Assembly: GCA_045803545.1 (NCBI GenBank)
Contig: JBJMOW010000002.1
Span: 448,001 to 512,000 of the forward strand
Direction of reading: 5' to 3'
Length of the DNA: 64,000 nucleotides
Source: Gemmatimonadaceae bacterium
GTDB lineage: Bacteria; Gemmatimonadota; Gemmatimonadetes; Gemmatimonadales; Gemmatimonadaceae
This document shows, piece by piece, positions 21,916 to 32,262 of the stretch. Below the pieces are notes generated by a model. That model was not told the origin of the DNA. It saw only the letters and a list, made by a program, of their open reading frames with translations, and made no database searches. The first letter of the stretch is position 1. The number at the start of each line of letters is the position of its first letter. The position numbers were made by a program, and so were the translations under genes.

Positions 21916-22901
21916 GGACTTTCCGCTCCTCGTACTGGGTTGTGCTCGCGATCGTGCTGATCGCGGTGGCGATGATTGCGATCGCCAACGGACCGGTGTC
22001 GGTCCCTATCCTCTCCGTATTGGATGCGCTGCGCAGCCAGGGGGACCCGACGGCGATCGCTATTGTGCGCGACCTTCGGTTACCGCGCGTCATCCTCGGC
22101 GCACTTGTGGGAGCGGGTCTCGGAGCGAGTGGCGCGATGTTGCAGGGCACGCTGCGCAATCCGTTGGCCGAGCCGTACCTGCTTGGTGTCTCCGGCGGGG
22201 CAGCCGTCGGCGCAGTGATGGCATTTGCACTCGGCGCTACGGGCGAAGCCGTGATCACTCTCGCTGCATTTGCGGGAAGCGTCGTCGCTGTCTTTGTCAC
22301 GCTGGCCGTAGGTCGCACGGGAGGACGCGCCACTCGCAGTGATTTGCGCACGCTGTTGATCGCGGGCGTGATCGTCGGCGCGTTCGCGAATGCAGTCATC
22401 ATGGTGGCGCTGGCCAGCGCTGAACCCAATCGAATTCGAGGCGCGTTGTGGTGGATGATGGGGTCTGCTACCGACGCGACGTGGTCGCGCGTCGCGTGGC
22501 TCGCCGCGAGCGTGTTGATCGTCGGCGGTGCAGTCGTGTACTGGGCTCGGGAAATCGACGTGCTCGCGCTTGGCGAAGACACCGCTGTTTCACTTGGCGT
22601 CGACGGCGAGCGCGCCGGACGGCGGGCGTTCATTCTGGCCGCAATTCTCGCTGCTGCAACGGTTGCGGCGGCGGGCCTGGTGGGATTTGTCGGGCTCGTG
22701 GTTCCTCACATTGCGCGAGCGATGGGCTTGAGAGCACACCGGCCGCTGATCGTCGCAGCGGGTTTGATTGGCGGCACGCTCGTGGTCGCCGCTGATCTGG
22801 CGGCGCGGACCCTTGCGTCGCCGATTGAATTGCCTCTCGGCGCAATAACAGCGCTTCTCGGCGTTCCGTTCTTCCTCGTCCAGCTACGAAGGGCTGCATG
22901 A
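21912..22901 (+). CDS. btuC: cobalamin ABC transporter permease (FecCD family)
   Basis: LRLPR, RNPLAEPYLLGVS, GFVGLVVPH. Confidence 0.88.
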   Translation: MRTFRSSYWVVLAIVLIAVAMIAIANGPVSVPILSVLDALRSQGDPTAIAIVRDLRLPRVILGALVGAGLGASGAMLQGTLRNPLAEPYLLGVSGGAAVGAVMAFALGATGEAVITLAAFAGSVVAVFVTLAVGRTGGRATRSDLRTLLIAGVIVGAFANAVIMVALASAEPNRIRGALWWMMGSATDATWSRVAWLAASVLIVGGAVVYWAREIDVLALGEDTAVSLGVDGERAGRRAFILAAILAAATVAAAGLVGFVGLVVPHIARAMGLRAHRPLIVAAGLIGGTLVVAADLAARTLASPIELPLGAITALLGVPFFLVQLRRAA

Positions 22902-23686
22902 TAGCGGTCGAGGATCTGGTGGTGGCGTATCCGAACGCTCGAGCGAACGCGGTCGACGGCGTCAGCTTCCAGGGTCCGGACGGACAGATAACAGCACTTG
23001 CCGGCCCCAACGGGTCAGGAAAGAGCACCATCGTCCGCGCACTGCTCGGCCGAGTCGATGTCAAAAACGGACATGCGAGCATTGACGGTAACAACGCGCG
23101 AGCGCTGACGCCAAATGCGCTCGCGCTGAAGATGGCAGTCGTTCCACAGCGTGAAGAAACGACGTTTCCGATGCGCGTGCGCGACTACGTCGCACTCGGC
23201 CGTTACCCACACCTCGGGCTCTGGCGGTCACCTGACTCGGCGGATAACGAAGCCGTCGATGATGCCCTCGATCAGTCGGGTGTTTCCGATCTCGCCGACA
23301 GAACTACGGATGCGCTCTCTGGCGGAGAGTGGCAACGCGTCAGGATCGCTCGAGCGCTCGCTCAGCGAGCGCCCGCGCTTGTGCTGGATGAGCCAACGAC
23401 ATTTCTCGATGTCGCGCACGAGATGGCCATTTTCGAGCTGCTGTCATCGCAGGCGCGGGCCGGCCTCACCGTCCTGCTGGTCAGTCACCAGCTCAATCTT
23501 CTCGCGCGCTTTGCCGACACAATCGTACTGCTCGATCACGGAAAGGTCGCCGTCAGCGGGCGTCCGAACGACGTGATGAAAGCTGACCGGCTTGAATCGA
23601 TCTACGGCTGGCCGGTTGTGATTACCCGTGACCCGGCGATTGGCGCGCCGGCGCTAGTTCCACTTCGCCGCCCCTTACGGACATGA
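22898..23686 (+). CDS. btuD: cobalamin ABC transporter ATPase
   Basis: GPNGSGKST, LSGGE, LDEPT. Confidence 0.88.
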   Translation: MIAVEDLVVAYPNARANAVDGVSFQGPDGQITALAGPNGSGKSTIVRALLGRVDVKNGHASIDGNNARALTPNALALKMAVVPQREETTFPMRVRDYVALGRYPHLGLWRSPDSADNEAVDDALDQSGVSDLADRTTDALSGGEWQRVRIARALAQRAPALVLDEPTTFLDVAHEMAIFELLSSQARAGLTVLLVSHQLNLLARFADTIVLLDHGKVAVSGRPNDVMKADRLESIYGWPVVITRDPAIGAPALVPLRRPLRT

Positions 23687-23708
23687 ACAGTTCATCAGAG
23701 AGAGACAA

Positions 23709-25664
23709 ATGATGAAGGCCACAATCGCGTTACTCGGGACTGCGCTCTCAGTAGCCACCCGCAACCTTCGCGCGCAGAGCCCCGATACCACCACCCTCGA
23801 GCCTGTGATCGTCTCGGCGTCGACCCAACCGCGGAAAGCCGACGCCCTGTCCCAGGCGGTGACGGTTTTGTCAGGTGATGATCTCCGTGCGCGCGGAGTT
23901 ACCCGGGTCACCGACGCTTTGCGCGAGGTGCCTGGCGCCCAACTCGTGCAGAGCGGCTCGTTCGGCTCGCTTACATCGTTATTCCTCCGTGGCGGAGAAA
24001 GCAGGTACACCAAAGTTCTCATCGATGGTGTACCGGTGAATTCCGCAGGTGGTGCGTTTGACTTCGGTCATCTCACCACGGACAACATCGACCGCATCGA
24101 GATCGTGCGCGGGCCGGCAAGCGTTCTATATGGCGCGGACGCCGTCACGGGCGTCGTCCAGATCTTCACGCGGCGCGGAACCACCAGTCCGTCCGCATCG
24201 CTGTCCGCACGCGGTGGGACATATGGAACCGTCGACGTCGACGGTAACACGGCGGGGTCCATCGGAGTGGCGAGCTACTCGCTGGGCGCCGGCCACCATT
24301 CGAGTGATGGCATTCTGCAGTTCAATAACGAGTATCGGAATGGGACGTTGAGCAGCTCTGTTGGCATCGGTAACGGCGAACTTGGAGAAGCGCGCGTGTC
24401 GGCGCGCTACACGACGGCGGAGTTTCACTACCCCACCGATTTCACCGGGCAGCCGGTCGACACGAACTCGTATCGCGTTCAACACCGCCTGACGATCGGT
24501 TTGGACGCGAACCGCAATCTTGGCGCGCGCGCGCAGGCGCGACTGCTCGCCGGTACTAACGACGTCTACGACCTCAGCGAAGACATCTCCGTCCCATTTG
24601 GCTCGCCTGCGCCTGAGCACTCCGCTTTCCGGTCGCGAGGCTACCGTCGAAACGTCGAGGGGCGTCTCGCGTTTTTCCTTCCCAGGAACAACGCGTTGAC
24701 GATCGGCGCGGTGCTGGAGCAGGAACATGAGAACAGCGCAACCGGTTCCGGAGCAGTTGGATCACCGACGACGCAGACAGATGCCTTCGATGCCAGCCGT
24801 CACAACGTCGCGTACTACACGGAGCTGCTGGGAAATCCGGTCGATCGATTGTCCTTCACAGTGAGCGGGCGAGTCGACGACAACTCCGACTATGCGCGTT
24901 ACCCGACATACCGGTTGGGAGGTAACCTGGGAATCATTAGCGGTCTGCGTCTAAGAGCCTCGCTCAGTAGCGCCTTCAATGCGCCCGCGTTCAACGAGCT
25001 GCGTCCAACGCTGTACACTATCGGCAGCCCCGATCTCCGGCCGGAGAAAATTCGTTCAGCTGAACTCGGTGTCGTCGGATCGCTCCTTGGAGATGCCGTG
25101 CGCCTCACCGCCAGCTATTTCACTCAGCGCTTCGCTGACTTGATCCAGTACATCAACGGCGGGCCACCAGATTTCAAGGGAAGCTATGCGAATCTCAATG
25201 CCGCGGTGTCGAACGGATACGAAGCGGAGGTCCAGGCGTTGCTGGGCGCCGGCTGGCGTGGGAATGCCAGCTTCACAGTCGTGAATCCGCGGGTAGAGGC
25301 GGTGGACGTGGGCTATCAGGGTGGGGACCGCGCCGGCGACGCGCTTCTGCGGCGTCCCAGCCATTCAGGAACGTTGGGGCTGTCGTATTTCGATAAGCGC
25401 GGATTCAACGCAAGTACCACCGCGGTATATGTGGGACAGCGACCAGATCTCGACTTCTCGCAGTTCCCGTCGCCGAGAGTCTCCCTGCCGGCATACACAC
25501 GAGTCGACATTTCGGGAGAGCTCCCGCTACTGAAACAGGTTACAAGGCTGACGCTCACAGCGCGCGTCGAGAATCTCTTTGACCGACGCTACGAGGAGGT
25601 TCTGCACTTTGCAGCGCCAGGGCGAACGATTCTGATCGGCGGCAGAGCAGCGGCGATATTCTGA
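23709..25664 (+). CDS. btuB: TonB-dependent cobalamin receptor
   Basis: Plug motifs LRGG, VLIDGV, IEIVRGPASVLYG; ENLFD; C-terminal Phe; riboswitch context. Confidence 0.85.
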   Translation: MMKATIALLGTALSVATRNLRAQSPDTTTLEPVIVSASTQPRKADALSQAVTVLSGDDLRARGVTRVTDALREVPGAQLVQSGSFGSLTSLFLRGGESRYTKVLIDGVPVNSAGGAFDFGHLTTDNIDRIEIVRGPASVLYGADAVTGVVQIFTRRGTTSPSASLSARGGTYGTVDVDGNTAGSIGVASYSLGAGHHSSDGILQFNNEYRNGTLSSSVGIGNGELGEARVSARYTTAEFHYPTDFTGQPVDTNSYRVQHRLTIGLDANRNLGARAQARLLAGTNDVYDLSEDISVPFGSPAPEHSAFRSRGYRRNVEGRLAFFLPRNNALTIGAVLEQEHENSATGSGAVGSPTTQTDAFDASRHNVAYYTELLGNPVDRLSFTVSGRVDDNSDYARYPTYRLGGNLGIISGLRLRASLSSAFNAPAFNELRPTLYTIGSPDLRPEKIRSAELGVVGSLLGDAVRLTASYFTQRFADLIQYINGGPPDFKGSYANLNAAVSNGYEAEVQALLGAGWRGNASFTVVNPRVEAVDVGYQGGDRAGDALLRRPSHSGTLGLSYFDKRGFNASTTAVYVGQRPDLDFSQFPSPRVSLPAYTRVDISGELPLLKQVTRLTLTARVENLFDRRYEEVLHFAAPGRTILIGGRAAAIF

Positions 25665-25700
25665 CGTGCGAGCGGTTTGTCCCACGTTTACATTCTTTGA

Positions 25701-26492
25701 ATGTCGCTGCTGGTTACCGACGCGATCGTCCTTCACGCGTTCGATTATCTCGAAAGCTCACGTATCATCCGGCTACTGACGCGCGACGCCGGTGTGCAGT
25801 CCGTGCTCGCCCGCGGCGCGCGTAAATCCCGGGGTCGTTACGGCTCGGCGCTGGATCTATTCGCAGAAGGCGCCGCCCAGCTGTACATCAAGCCGAATCG
25901 CGAGCTGCATAACCTGTCGTCGTTCGAGGTATCGCGCGCGCGCAGCGAGCTCGCGTTCGACATCGGTCGTTTCACGGCCGCATCAGCGATCGCTGAGCTG
26001 GCGCTCCGCTTTGGTGGGGAGGAAGCAAACCCTCTACTGTTTGAGACCGTAGCAGACACTCTCGACACGCTCACCAACGCCACGCCTGGAGCCACCGTCG
26101 AGGACGGCCTGGCGGGCTGCTGGCGAATCATCTCGGTGCTGGGATTCACACCAGAGTTGTCGAGCTGCGCGCTCTGTCACGCGCCGTTACGGGACGTAGA
26201 TGATGCGACATTTTCGCACACGGCGGGCGGGATCGTATGTCCTTCGTGCAGCAGGCTCGCACCAATCGGGCGGCGCATTCCATCGAGTGCGCGAAATACG
26301 ATCCGCAGCTGGCTCGAAGAGGAGATGCCGATGCATGACGGAGTTCGTGCAGATGCACCGCCTCCGCTCGGCGAGAACGAAGGTCGGTCGCATCAGCGCT
26401 TGCTTCGCGAGTTCATCGGCGCACACGTCGGTGACGATCGACCGTTGCGGGCATTCGCGGTGTGGGAGCACGAGCGCTGGAGCGCCGCGTGA
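25701..26492 (+). CDS. recO: DNA repair protein RecO
   Basis: ESSRII.LLT, ARGAR, zinc finger CxxC...CxxC. Confidence 0.93.
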   Translation: MSLLVTDAIVLHAFDYLESSRIIRLLTRDAGVQSVLARGARKSRGRYGSALDLFAEGAAQLYIKPNRELHNLSSFEVSRARSELAFDIGRFTAASAIAELALRFGGEEANPLLFETVADTLDTLTNATPGATVEDGLAGCWRIISVLGFTPELSSCALCHAPLRDVDDATFSHTAGGIVCPSCSRLAPIGRRIPSSARNTIRSWLEEEMPMHDGVRADAPPPLGENEGRSHQRLLREFIGAHVGDDRPLRAFAVWEHERWSAA

Positions 26493-28375
26493 TCATCGGT
26501 ACTGCGGGTCATATCGATCACGGCAAAACTGCACTCGTCAAAGCCCTGACGGGCGTAGATACAGACCGGCTCCCGGAAGAAAAGCGGCGCGGGATTACGA
26601 TCGATCTCGGGTTCGCGTCCCTGGCGCTCGACGGTGTTGGAACCGTCGGTGTCATCGATGTGCCGGGTCACGAGGATTTCGTGCGCAGCATGGTGGTCGG
26701 TGCCAGCGGGATCGACCTCGGTCTGCTCGTCATCGCTGCTGACGAGGGCGTGATGCCGCAGACTGTCGAACACCTCTCCATCCTCCAGCTCCTGGACATT
26801 CCTCTGATTGCAGTTGCAATCACGAAGTCTGATCTCGTCGATTCCGACTGGGTCGCAATGGTGCAGCAGGATGTGCTCAGACTTTTCACGCAGAAGCAGC
26901 TGCGCGAACCAGCCATCATGGTGTGCTCGGCGCGCACGGGTGCTGGCATCGATGCCCTTCGTGCCACTCTGTCGCGCCTTCTCGCGAACGTCGTCAGTCG
27001 TCGTGCCGGCGATGTGTTTCGGCTTCCGGTCGACCGGTGTTTCACGATAAAGGGCACGGGAACAGTGGTTACGGGAACGGTCTGGAGCGGAGAGCTGGAC
27101 GTAGACGCGAATGTCTTCATCTTGCCGACGCAGCGCGCTGCTCGGGTGCGTCGATTGGAGCAGCACGGCAAAATGTCGTCGCAGATCGAAGCCGGCTCGC
27201 GAGCCGCTATCGCGCTAGCGGGCGTCGAGGTGAACGAAGCACCGCGCGGGTCCGTCGTCGTGCGCGATGAGAGCTGGAAAGCAACATCGTTGTTCGAAGC
27301 AGTAGTGCGTATTGACCGCGGCTCGGTGCAGGCGTTGACACCGAGAACGCGCTTGCGGCTGCATGCTGGCGCGACAGAAGTCGGCGCGCAGCTGACGCGC
27401 GGTGGTGTCCAGCGAACCACGGGAGATGCGCTTGCGCGGCTCGTCACCGATGCTCCGATCGTCCTGCGTGGTGGTGACCGTTTCGTGCTGCGGCTTCCGG
27501 CGCCATTGCGCACCATCGGAGGCGGAGTTGTCATCGACCCATACGCGCGTCGGCGACGACTTCCTGCATGGGGCGACCGGCTCGCGCTTCTATCCCGCGA
27601 TGCGACCACGCGTCTCCGGTACATTCTCGAAACGCAGGCAACACACGGCTTGCACAAGCGAGACGTTCCGATACGCGTCGGCTGTACACCGGCGGAGGTT
27701 GGGGCGATAGCAGGCGCCAGCGGAGCCTACGTCGCCACGCACAACCTTTTCCTGCCCGCAGCTGTCGAACAAGTAATGGCAAGCGTTAGAAGAATCGTCG
27801 CGGAATTCGAGATCAAATCTCCATTGGCGGTCGGCATTCCCACGCGGACCGTGCGCGAGAGCCTGCGCGTCAACGAGGAGCTCGCTGACGTGGCGATCTC
27901 AGGCCTGCAGCAGTTGGGCGAGGTCGAAGCTGCGGGCCCGCTCCTGCGTCGTGTCGGCTGGACGCCATCGCCGACCGCGCGTGATCTCGAAGCGACAAAC
28001 CGCGTGGCGCATGATATTTGCGCTGCGGAGCAGGAGCCGCCAAGCGTGAGCGAGTTGGTCACGCGTTATGGCAGCTCGGTGCCTGCTTTGCTTCGCATGT
28101 TGGAGCGGCAGGGGCGAGTCGTTCAGGTGGAGCGAGATCGCTACTACGACCGGATTGCTCTTGATGCGATGATCGCGCAGCTCAAGGAGACGTTGAAACC
28201 TGGCGAGGTTTACGCCCCCGCCCAGCTTCGGGACGTCTTGGGATCGTCACGAAAGTTTCTGATCCCGTTCCTCGAGTTTTGCGATCGGCGCGGGGTTACT
28301 GAACGGCGTGGCGATGGGAGGGTATTAAAGGAAACCCCCGAGGTTTTGCTTGACACCTCAACCACGCGTTCATAA
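26489..28375 (+). CDS. selB: selenocysteine-specific elongation factor
   Basis: [28 protein letters not shown]-terminal winged helix [16 protein letters not shown] at 26489. Confidence 0.95.
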   Translation: MIIGTAGHIDHGKTALVKALTGVDTDRLPEEKRRGITIDLGFASLALDGVGTVGVIDVPGHEDFVRSMVVGASGIDLGLLVIAADEGVMPQTVEHLSILQLLDIPLIAVAITKSDLVDSDWVAMVQQDVLRLFTQKQLREPAIMVCSARTGAGIDALRATLSRLLANVVSRRAGDVFRLPVDRCFTIKGTGTVVTGTVWSGELDVDANVFILPTQRAARVRRLEQHGKMSSQIEAGSRAAIALAGVEVNEAPRGSVVVRDESWKATSLFEAVVRIDRGSVQALTPRTRLRLHAGATEVGAQLTRGGVQRTTGDALARLVTDAPIVLRGGDRFVLRLPAPLRTIGGGVVIDPYARRRRLPAWGDRLALLSRDATTRLRYILETQATHGLHKRDVPIRVGCTPAEVGAIAGASGAYVATHNLFLPAAVEQVMASVRRIVAEFEIKSPLAVGIPTRTVRESLRVNEELADVAISGLQQLGEVEAAGPLLRRVGWTPSPTARDLEATNRVAHDICAAEQEPPSVSELVTRYGSSVPALLRMLERQGRVVQVERDRYYDRIALDAMIAQLKETLKPGEVYAPAQLRDVLGSSRKFLIPFLEFCDRRGVTERRGDGRVLKETPEVLLDTSTTRS

Positions 28376-28378
28376 GTT
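28350..28378 (+). promoter_or_regulatory. sigma70-type promoter candidate for the 28452 gene
   Basis: TTGACA (28350-28355), 17 bp spacer, TAAGTT (28373-28378). Confidence 0.5.
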
Positions 28379-28451
28379 CGCGCCAGAGAACACATGTCCA
28401 CCTTGGTAGGAGTTAGCGTCTAAAGACCCTTTTTCGTCAGTTGGAGACAAC

Positions 28452-28916
28452 ATGAAGCAGCTGTGTCGGGCGCTGTTCCTGGTGCTCGTAATCGGCGCGT
28501 TCATGCCAAGTCGTTCGGCGGCTCAGGGTATTCAGACCCAAAACCCCGGAGGACAAGGCGCCGGGTTGCAGTTGAAGCAGAATTACCCAAACCCGGTCAC
28601 CCAAGACACCCATATCGAGTTTGTAGTAGGCGATGCGCAGGGATGCTCGGATCCGGGTCGTCAACACCGCGTCACACTGAAAGTGTACAACCTGCTGGCT
28701 CAGCAGATCGCTGTGCCGGTTTTGCAAGGCGGTGTGGGGAATGCGGCTGGTGGTGAGGCGTTGGAGAACCAGCTTTTGACTTGCGGTTCTTACCTCGCAT
28801 ACTGGGACGGGAAGTACTCACAGACTGGAGATGACGTTGCTTCCGGGATCTACCTTTTTCGGCTCGAAGTCGACGGAAAGGTCCTCGTGAAGAAGATGAT
28901 CGTAAGGAAGCAGTAG
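28452..28916 (+). CDS. exported small protein, FlgD-Ig / T9SS C-terminal-domain-like
   Basis: Signal peptide, QNYPNP, LKVYNL, WDGK, SGIYLFRL, KKMIV. Confidence 0.75.
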   Translation: MKQLCRALFLVLVIGAFMPSRSAAQGIQTQNPGGQGAGLQLKQNYPNPVTQDTHIEFVVGDAQGCSDPGRQHRVTLKVYNLLAQQIAVPVLQGGVGNAAGGEALENQLLTCGSYLAYWDGKYSQTGDDVASGIYLFRLEVDGKVLVKKMIVRKQ

Positions 28917-28932
28917 TCCGCCATTTTCTCAT

Positions 28933-28970
28933 GCGCGCTCTGGCAGAAATGCCAGAGCGCGCTTCTTTTT
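28933..28970 (+). terminator. intrinsic terminator
   Basis: Perfect 13 bp stem GCGCGCTCTGGCA-GAAA-TGCCAGAGCGCGC followed by TTCTTTTT. Confidence 0.85.
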
Positions 28971-29060
28971 GGGACATGATCTACGCCAACTTGGCGGGTT
29001 TTATGCGGCATCCGCGTTGCACTTTTCCCAAGCTCTGCGCCGAACTGCCTCTGACAAACG

Positions 29061-31673
29061 ATGATCAGTCCTGACCGACTTACCGTAAAAGCAACCGAAG
29101 CGCTGAATGAAGCCGTAGATCTCGCGCGGCGCACGGGCAACCCGCTCGTCTACGATCTGCATCTCCTGACGGCGCTGCTGGATCAGGATGAGGGAATCGT
29201 CGTTCCCGTCCTTCAGAAGCTCGGTGTCAGTGTCGCGCAGCTCCGCGAAGCAGTGGGTCGAGAGATGGCGCGTTATCCCAAGCAGTCCAAAGCGCAGCCA
29301 ACGCTTTCGCGCGAGATCAACCAGGTATTTGACAAGGCTGAAGCCGATGCGCGTAAGCTGGGCGACGACTTCGTCTCGACCGAGCATTTCCTGCTCGCCC
29401 TCTCGGACGTAAAAGGCACTGAAAGCCGAACGCTCCTCAGCGAAGTCGGCGCCGGGCACGACGAGCTGCTCGAGGCCCTGGAGCAGGTTCGTGGTTCACA
29501 TCGCGTCACTGACCAAACTCCGGAGAACCAATACCAGGCGCTGCAGCGCTACACGCGCGATCTCACTGAAGTCGCTCGCAAGGGAAAGCTCGATCCCGTC
29601 ATCGGACGCGATGAGGAGATTCGTCGCGTCGTACAGGTTCTCTCACGCCGTACCAAGAACAATCCGGTTCTGATCGGCGAGCCGGGTGTGGGCAAAACCG
29701 CCATCGCTGAGGGCCTCGCTCAGCGCATCGCCAACGGCGACGTCCCGGAAGGTCTCCGCAACAAGCGCCTTGTCTCGCTCGACCTTGGCGCACTGATCGC
29801 AGGGGCGAAATTCCGCGGCGAGTTCGAGGAGCGGTTGAAGGCTGTTCTCAAAGAAATCACCGAGGGCGAAGGCAGGTTCATCGTCTTCATCGACGAGTTG
29901 CACACCATTGTCGGCGCCGGCAAGGCGGAAGGCTCGATGGATGCCGGCAACATGCTGAAGCCGATGCTCGCGCGCGGCGAGCTACGAGTTGTCGGCGCCA
30001 CCACCCTCGACGAGTATCGGAAGAACATCGAGAAAGACGCTGCACTAGAGCGGCGATTCCAGCCTGTTTACGTCGGCGAACCGACCGTCGAGAATACGAT
30101 CGCGATCCTGCGCGGTCTCAAGGAGCGCTACGAGTCTCATCACGGCGTGCGCATCACCGACGGCGCGATCGTAGCCGCTGCCACGCTCTCCAACAGGTAC
30201 ATCGGCGATCGCTTTCTGCCCGACAAGGCAATCGATTTGATCGACGAGGCGGCGTCTCGCCTGCGCATCGAGATAGATTCGATGCCGCAGGAGATCGACG
30301 AAGTCGAGCGCCGCATCACTCAGCTCGAGATCGAGCGTCAGGCGCTGCAAAAAGAAAAAGACAAAGCTTCACGGGAGCGACTGAGCGCCCTCGAACGCGA
30401 TCTCGCCGAACTGCGCGAGAAATCCGCAGGGATGAAGGCGCAGTGGCAGCAGGAGAAAGAGACACTGGGCGCAGTCGGCAAGATCACCCAACAAATCGAG
30501 CAGGCGCGCATGGAAGCCGAGCGCGTTACTCGCGCAGGTGATCTCCAAAAGGCCGCAGAGATCACCTATGGTCAGATTCCCCAGCTCGAGCGCCAGATGC
30601 GGGAAGCGGAGCAGAAGCTGGCCAGCAGGCAGGGCGGGGGAGCTCGCTTCCTCAAAGAGGAAGTTACCGCTGAGGACGTGGCCGAGATCGTCTCGAAATG
30701 GACTGGCATTCCCGTCGCGAAGATGATGGAAGGGGAGCGCGAGCGCCTAACCAAGCTGGAGAATGAGCTGGCACAGCGAGTGATCGGTCAGGAAGAAGCC
30801 GTCGCGGCTGTAGCAAACGCGGTCCGCCGGTCGAGGGCTGGTCTGCAGGATCCCAACCGCCCTATCGGCTCGTTCATCTTCCTCGGTCCCACGGGTGTCG
30901 GGAAAACCGAGACTGCTCGCGCGCTGGCCGAATTCCTGTTCGACAACGAGCACGCGATGGTGCGCATCGACATGTCCGAGTACATGGAGAAGCATGCCGT
31001 TGCGCGATTGATCGGCGCGCCGCCCGGTTACGTCGGATTCGAGGAGGGTGGCCAACTTACCGAAGCGATTCGTCGCCGCCCGTATTCGGTAGTGCTGTTC
31101 GATGAAATAGAGAAAGCGCATCCAGACGTGTTCAACATCCTGCTGCAAATCCTGGATGACGGGCGCCTCACCGACTCACAGGGTCGAACCGTCGATTTCA
31201 GGAATACCGTCATAATCATGACGTCGAACATCGGCAGCACCTACATCCTCGAGCACACCGGTGACGATCGTGCCGTGGTCGAAGCACAGGTGTTGAGCGC
31301 GTTGCGTCAACACTTCCGTCCCGAGTTTCTCAACCGCGTTGATGACATCATCATCTTCCGTCCGCTCGGCAAGGAGCAGATCGAGCACATCATCGACCTG
31401 CAGCTCAAGCGGCTCGAGCAGCTGCTCGCAGAGCGAAAGCTCACGTTCGAGCTGACACCGGGAGCGAGGGAGGTGCTCGCAACCGAGGGTTACGATCCTG
31501 CGTTCGGTGCTCGGCCGCTCAAGCGCGCGATCCAGCGCTTGTTGCAGAACCCCCTGGCGCTGGCGGTGCTCGAGGGTCGTTTTTCGGAAGGTGATCACAT
31601 CATCGTCGATCGTGATTCCCGGGGAGAGCTGACGTTCCGCAAGACAAACGAGCCTGCGCTTGCAGGCAGATAG
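29061..31673 (+). CDS. clpB: ATP-dependent disaggregase ClpB
   Basis: Two AAA+ modules ([16 protein letters not shown]), long middle coiled coil, GAPPGYVG, 870 aa. Confidence 0.97.
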   Translation: MISPDRLTVKATEALNEAVDLARRTGNPLVYDLHLLTALLDQDEGIVVPVLQKLGVSVAQLREAVGREMARYPKQSKAQPTLSREINQVFDKAEADARKLGDDFVSTEHFLLALSDVKGTESRTLLSEVGAGHDELLEALEQVRGSHRVTDQTPENQYQALQRYTRDLTEVARKGKLDPVIGRDEEIRRVVQVLSRRTKNNPVLIGEPGVGKTAIAEGLAQRIANGDVPEGLRNKRLVSLDLGALIAGAKFRGEFEERLKAVLKEITEGEGRFIVFIDELHTIVGAGKAEGSMDAGNMLKPMLARGELRVVGATTLDEYRKNIEKDAALERRFQPVYVGEPTVENTIAILRGLKERYESHHGVRITDGAIVAAATLSNRYIGDRFLPDKAIDLIDEAASRLRIEIDSMPQEIDEVERRITQLEIERQALQKEKDKASRERLSALERDLAELREKSAGMKAQWQQEKETLGAVGKITQQIEQARMEAERVTRAGDLQKAAEITYGQIPQLERQMREAEQKLASRQGGGARFLKEEVTAEDVAEIVSKWTGIPVAKMMEGERERLTKLENELAQRVIGQEEAVAAVANAVRRSRAGLQDPNRPIGSFIFLGPTGVGKTETARALAEFLFDNEHAMVRIDMSEYMEKHAVARLIGAPPGYVGFEEGGQLTEAIRRRPYSVVLFDEIEKAHPDVFNILLQILDDGRLTDSQGRTVDFRNTVIIMTSNIGSTYILEHTGDDRAVVEAQVLSALRQHFRPEFLNRVDDIIIFRPLGKEQIEHIIDLQLKRLEQLLAERKLTFELTPGAREVLATEGYDPAFGARPLKRAIQRLLQNPLALAVLEGRFSEGDHIIVDRDSRGELTFRKTNEPALAGR

Positions 31674-32163
31674 CGCTCGCGAACAGTCATTCGGTGCCTC
31701 GTCGCTTACGAACGACGAGCAATACATTCGTAACGCGCTCGATGTTGCCCGCGAGGCTGCGCGCAGAAATGAAGTCCCCGTTGGGGCGGTGATCGTTCGC
31801 GAGGGATCGATCATCGCCGCCGCCTCGAACCGCACGCTTCGCGATCAGGATCCGACCGCACACGCGGAAGTGCTGGCGATTCGCGAAGCGTCAGCGAAGC
31901 TGGAACGCTGGCGCCTCGAGGACTGCACGCTGTTCGTGACCGTAGAGCCTTGCGCGATGTGCGCCGGAGCAATCGTGCTCTCCCGACTCAAGCGCGTCGT
32001 ATTCGGCGCCTGGGATGAAAAGGCAGGCATGGTCGGATCGGTCGAAGACCTGCTCAGGCATCCTCGGCTCAATCACCGGCCCGAGGTGCGCGCGGGTGTG
32101 CTCGCTGAAGATTGCGCGCGGTTGATCGAGGATTTCTTCACGAATCAGCGCACTGCCGTTTGA
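31660..32163 (+). CDS. tadA: tRNA adenosine(34) deaminase
   Basis: [25 protein letters not shown]; true start may be slightly downstream. Confidence 0.93.
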   Translation: MQADSAREQSFGASSLTNDEQYIRNALDVAREAARRNEVPVGAVIVREGSIIAAASNRTLRDQDPTAHAEVLAIREASAKLERWRLEDCTLFVTVEPCAMCAGAIVLSRLKRVVFGAWDEKAGMVGSVEDLLRHPRLNHRPEVRAGVLAEDCARLIEDFFTNQRTAV

Positions 32164-32262
32164 TGGCCCTTCATCTGTACGGCGGCCGAAAGCCTGACTA
32201 AACACTTGATGGAACCGGGCCGAACTTTGCAGTAGACCCTACCGACGCCTTCGTGAGTTTGT

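Noticed and set aside
26489..28375. Selenoprotein or tRNA-Sec near selB
   Set aside because: No in-frame TGA read-through candidate seen; the two host tRNAs have CGA and GGA anticodons
28933..29060. CIRCE operator upstream of clpB
   Set aside because: The inverted repeat does not match TTAGCACTC-N9-GAGTGCTAA and has a GAAA loop plus T tract, so it is a terminator
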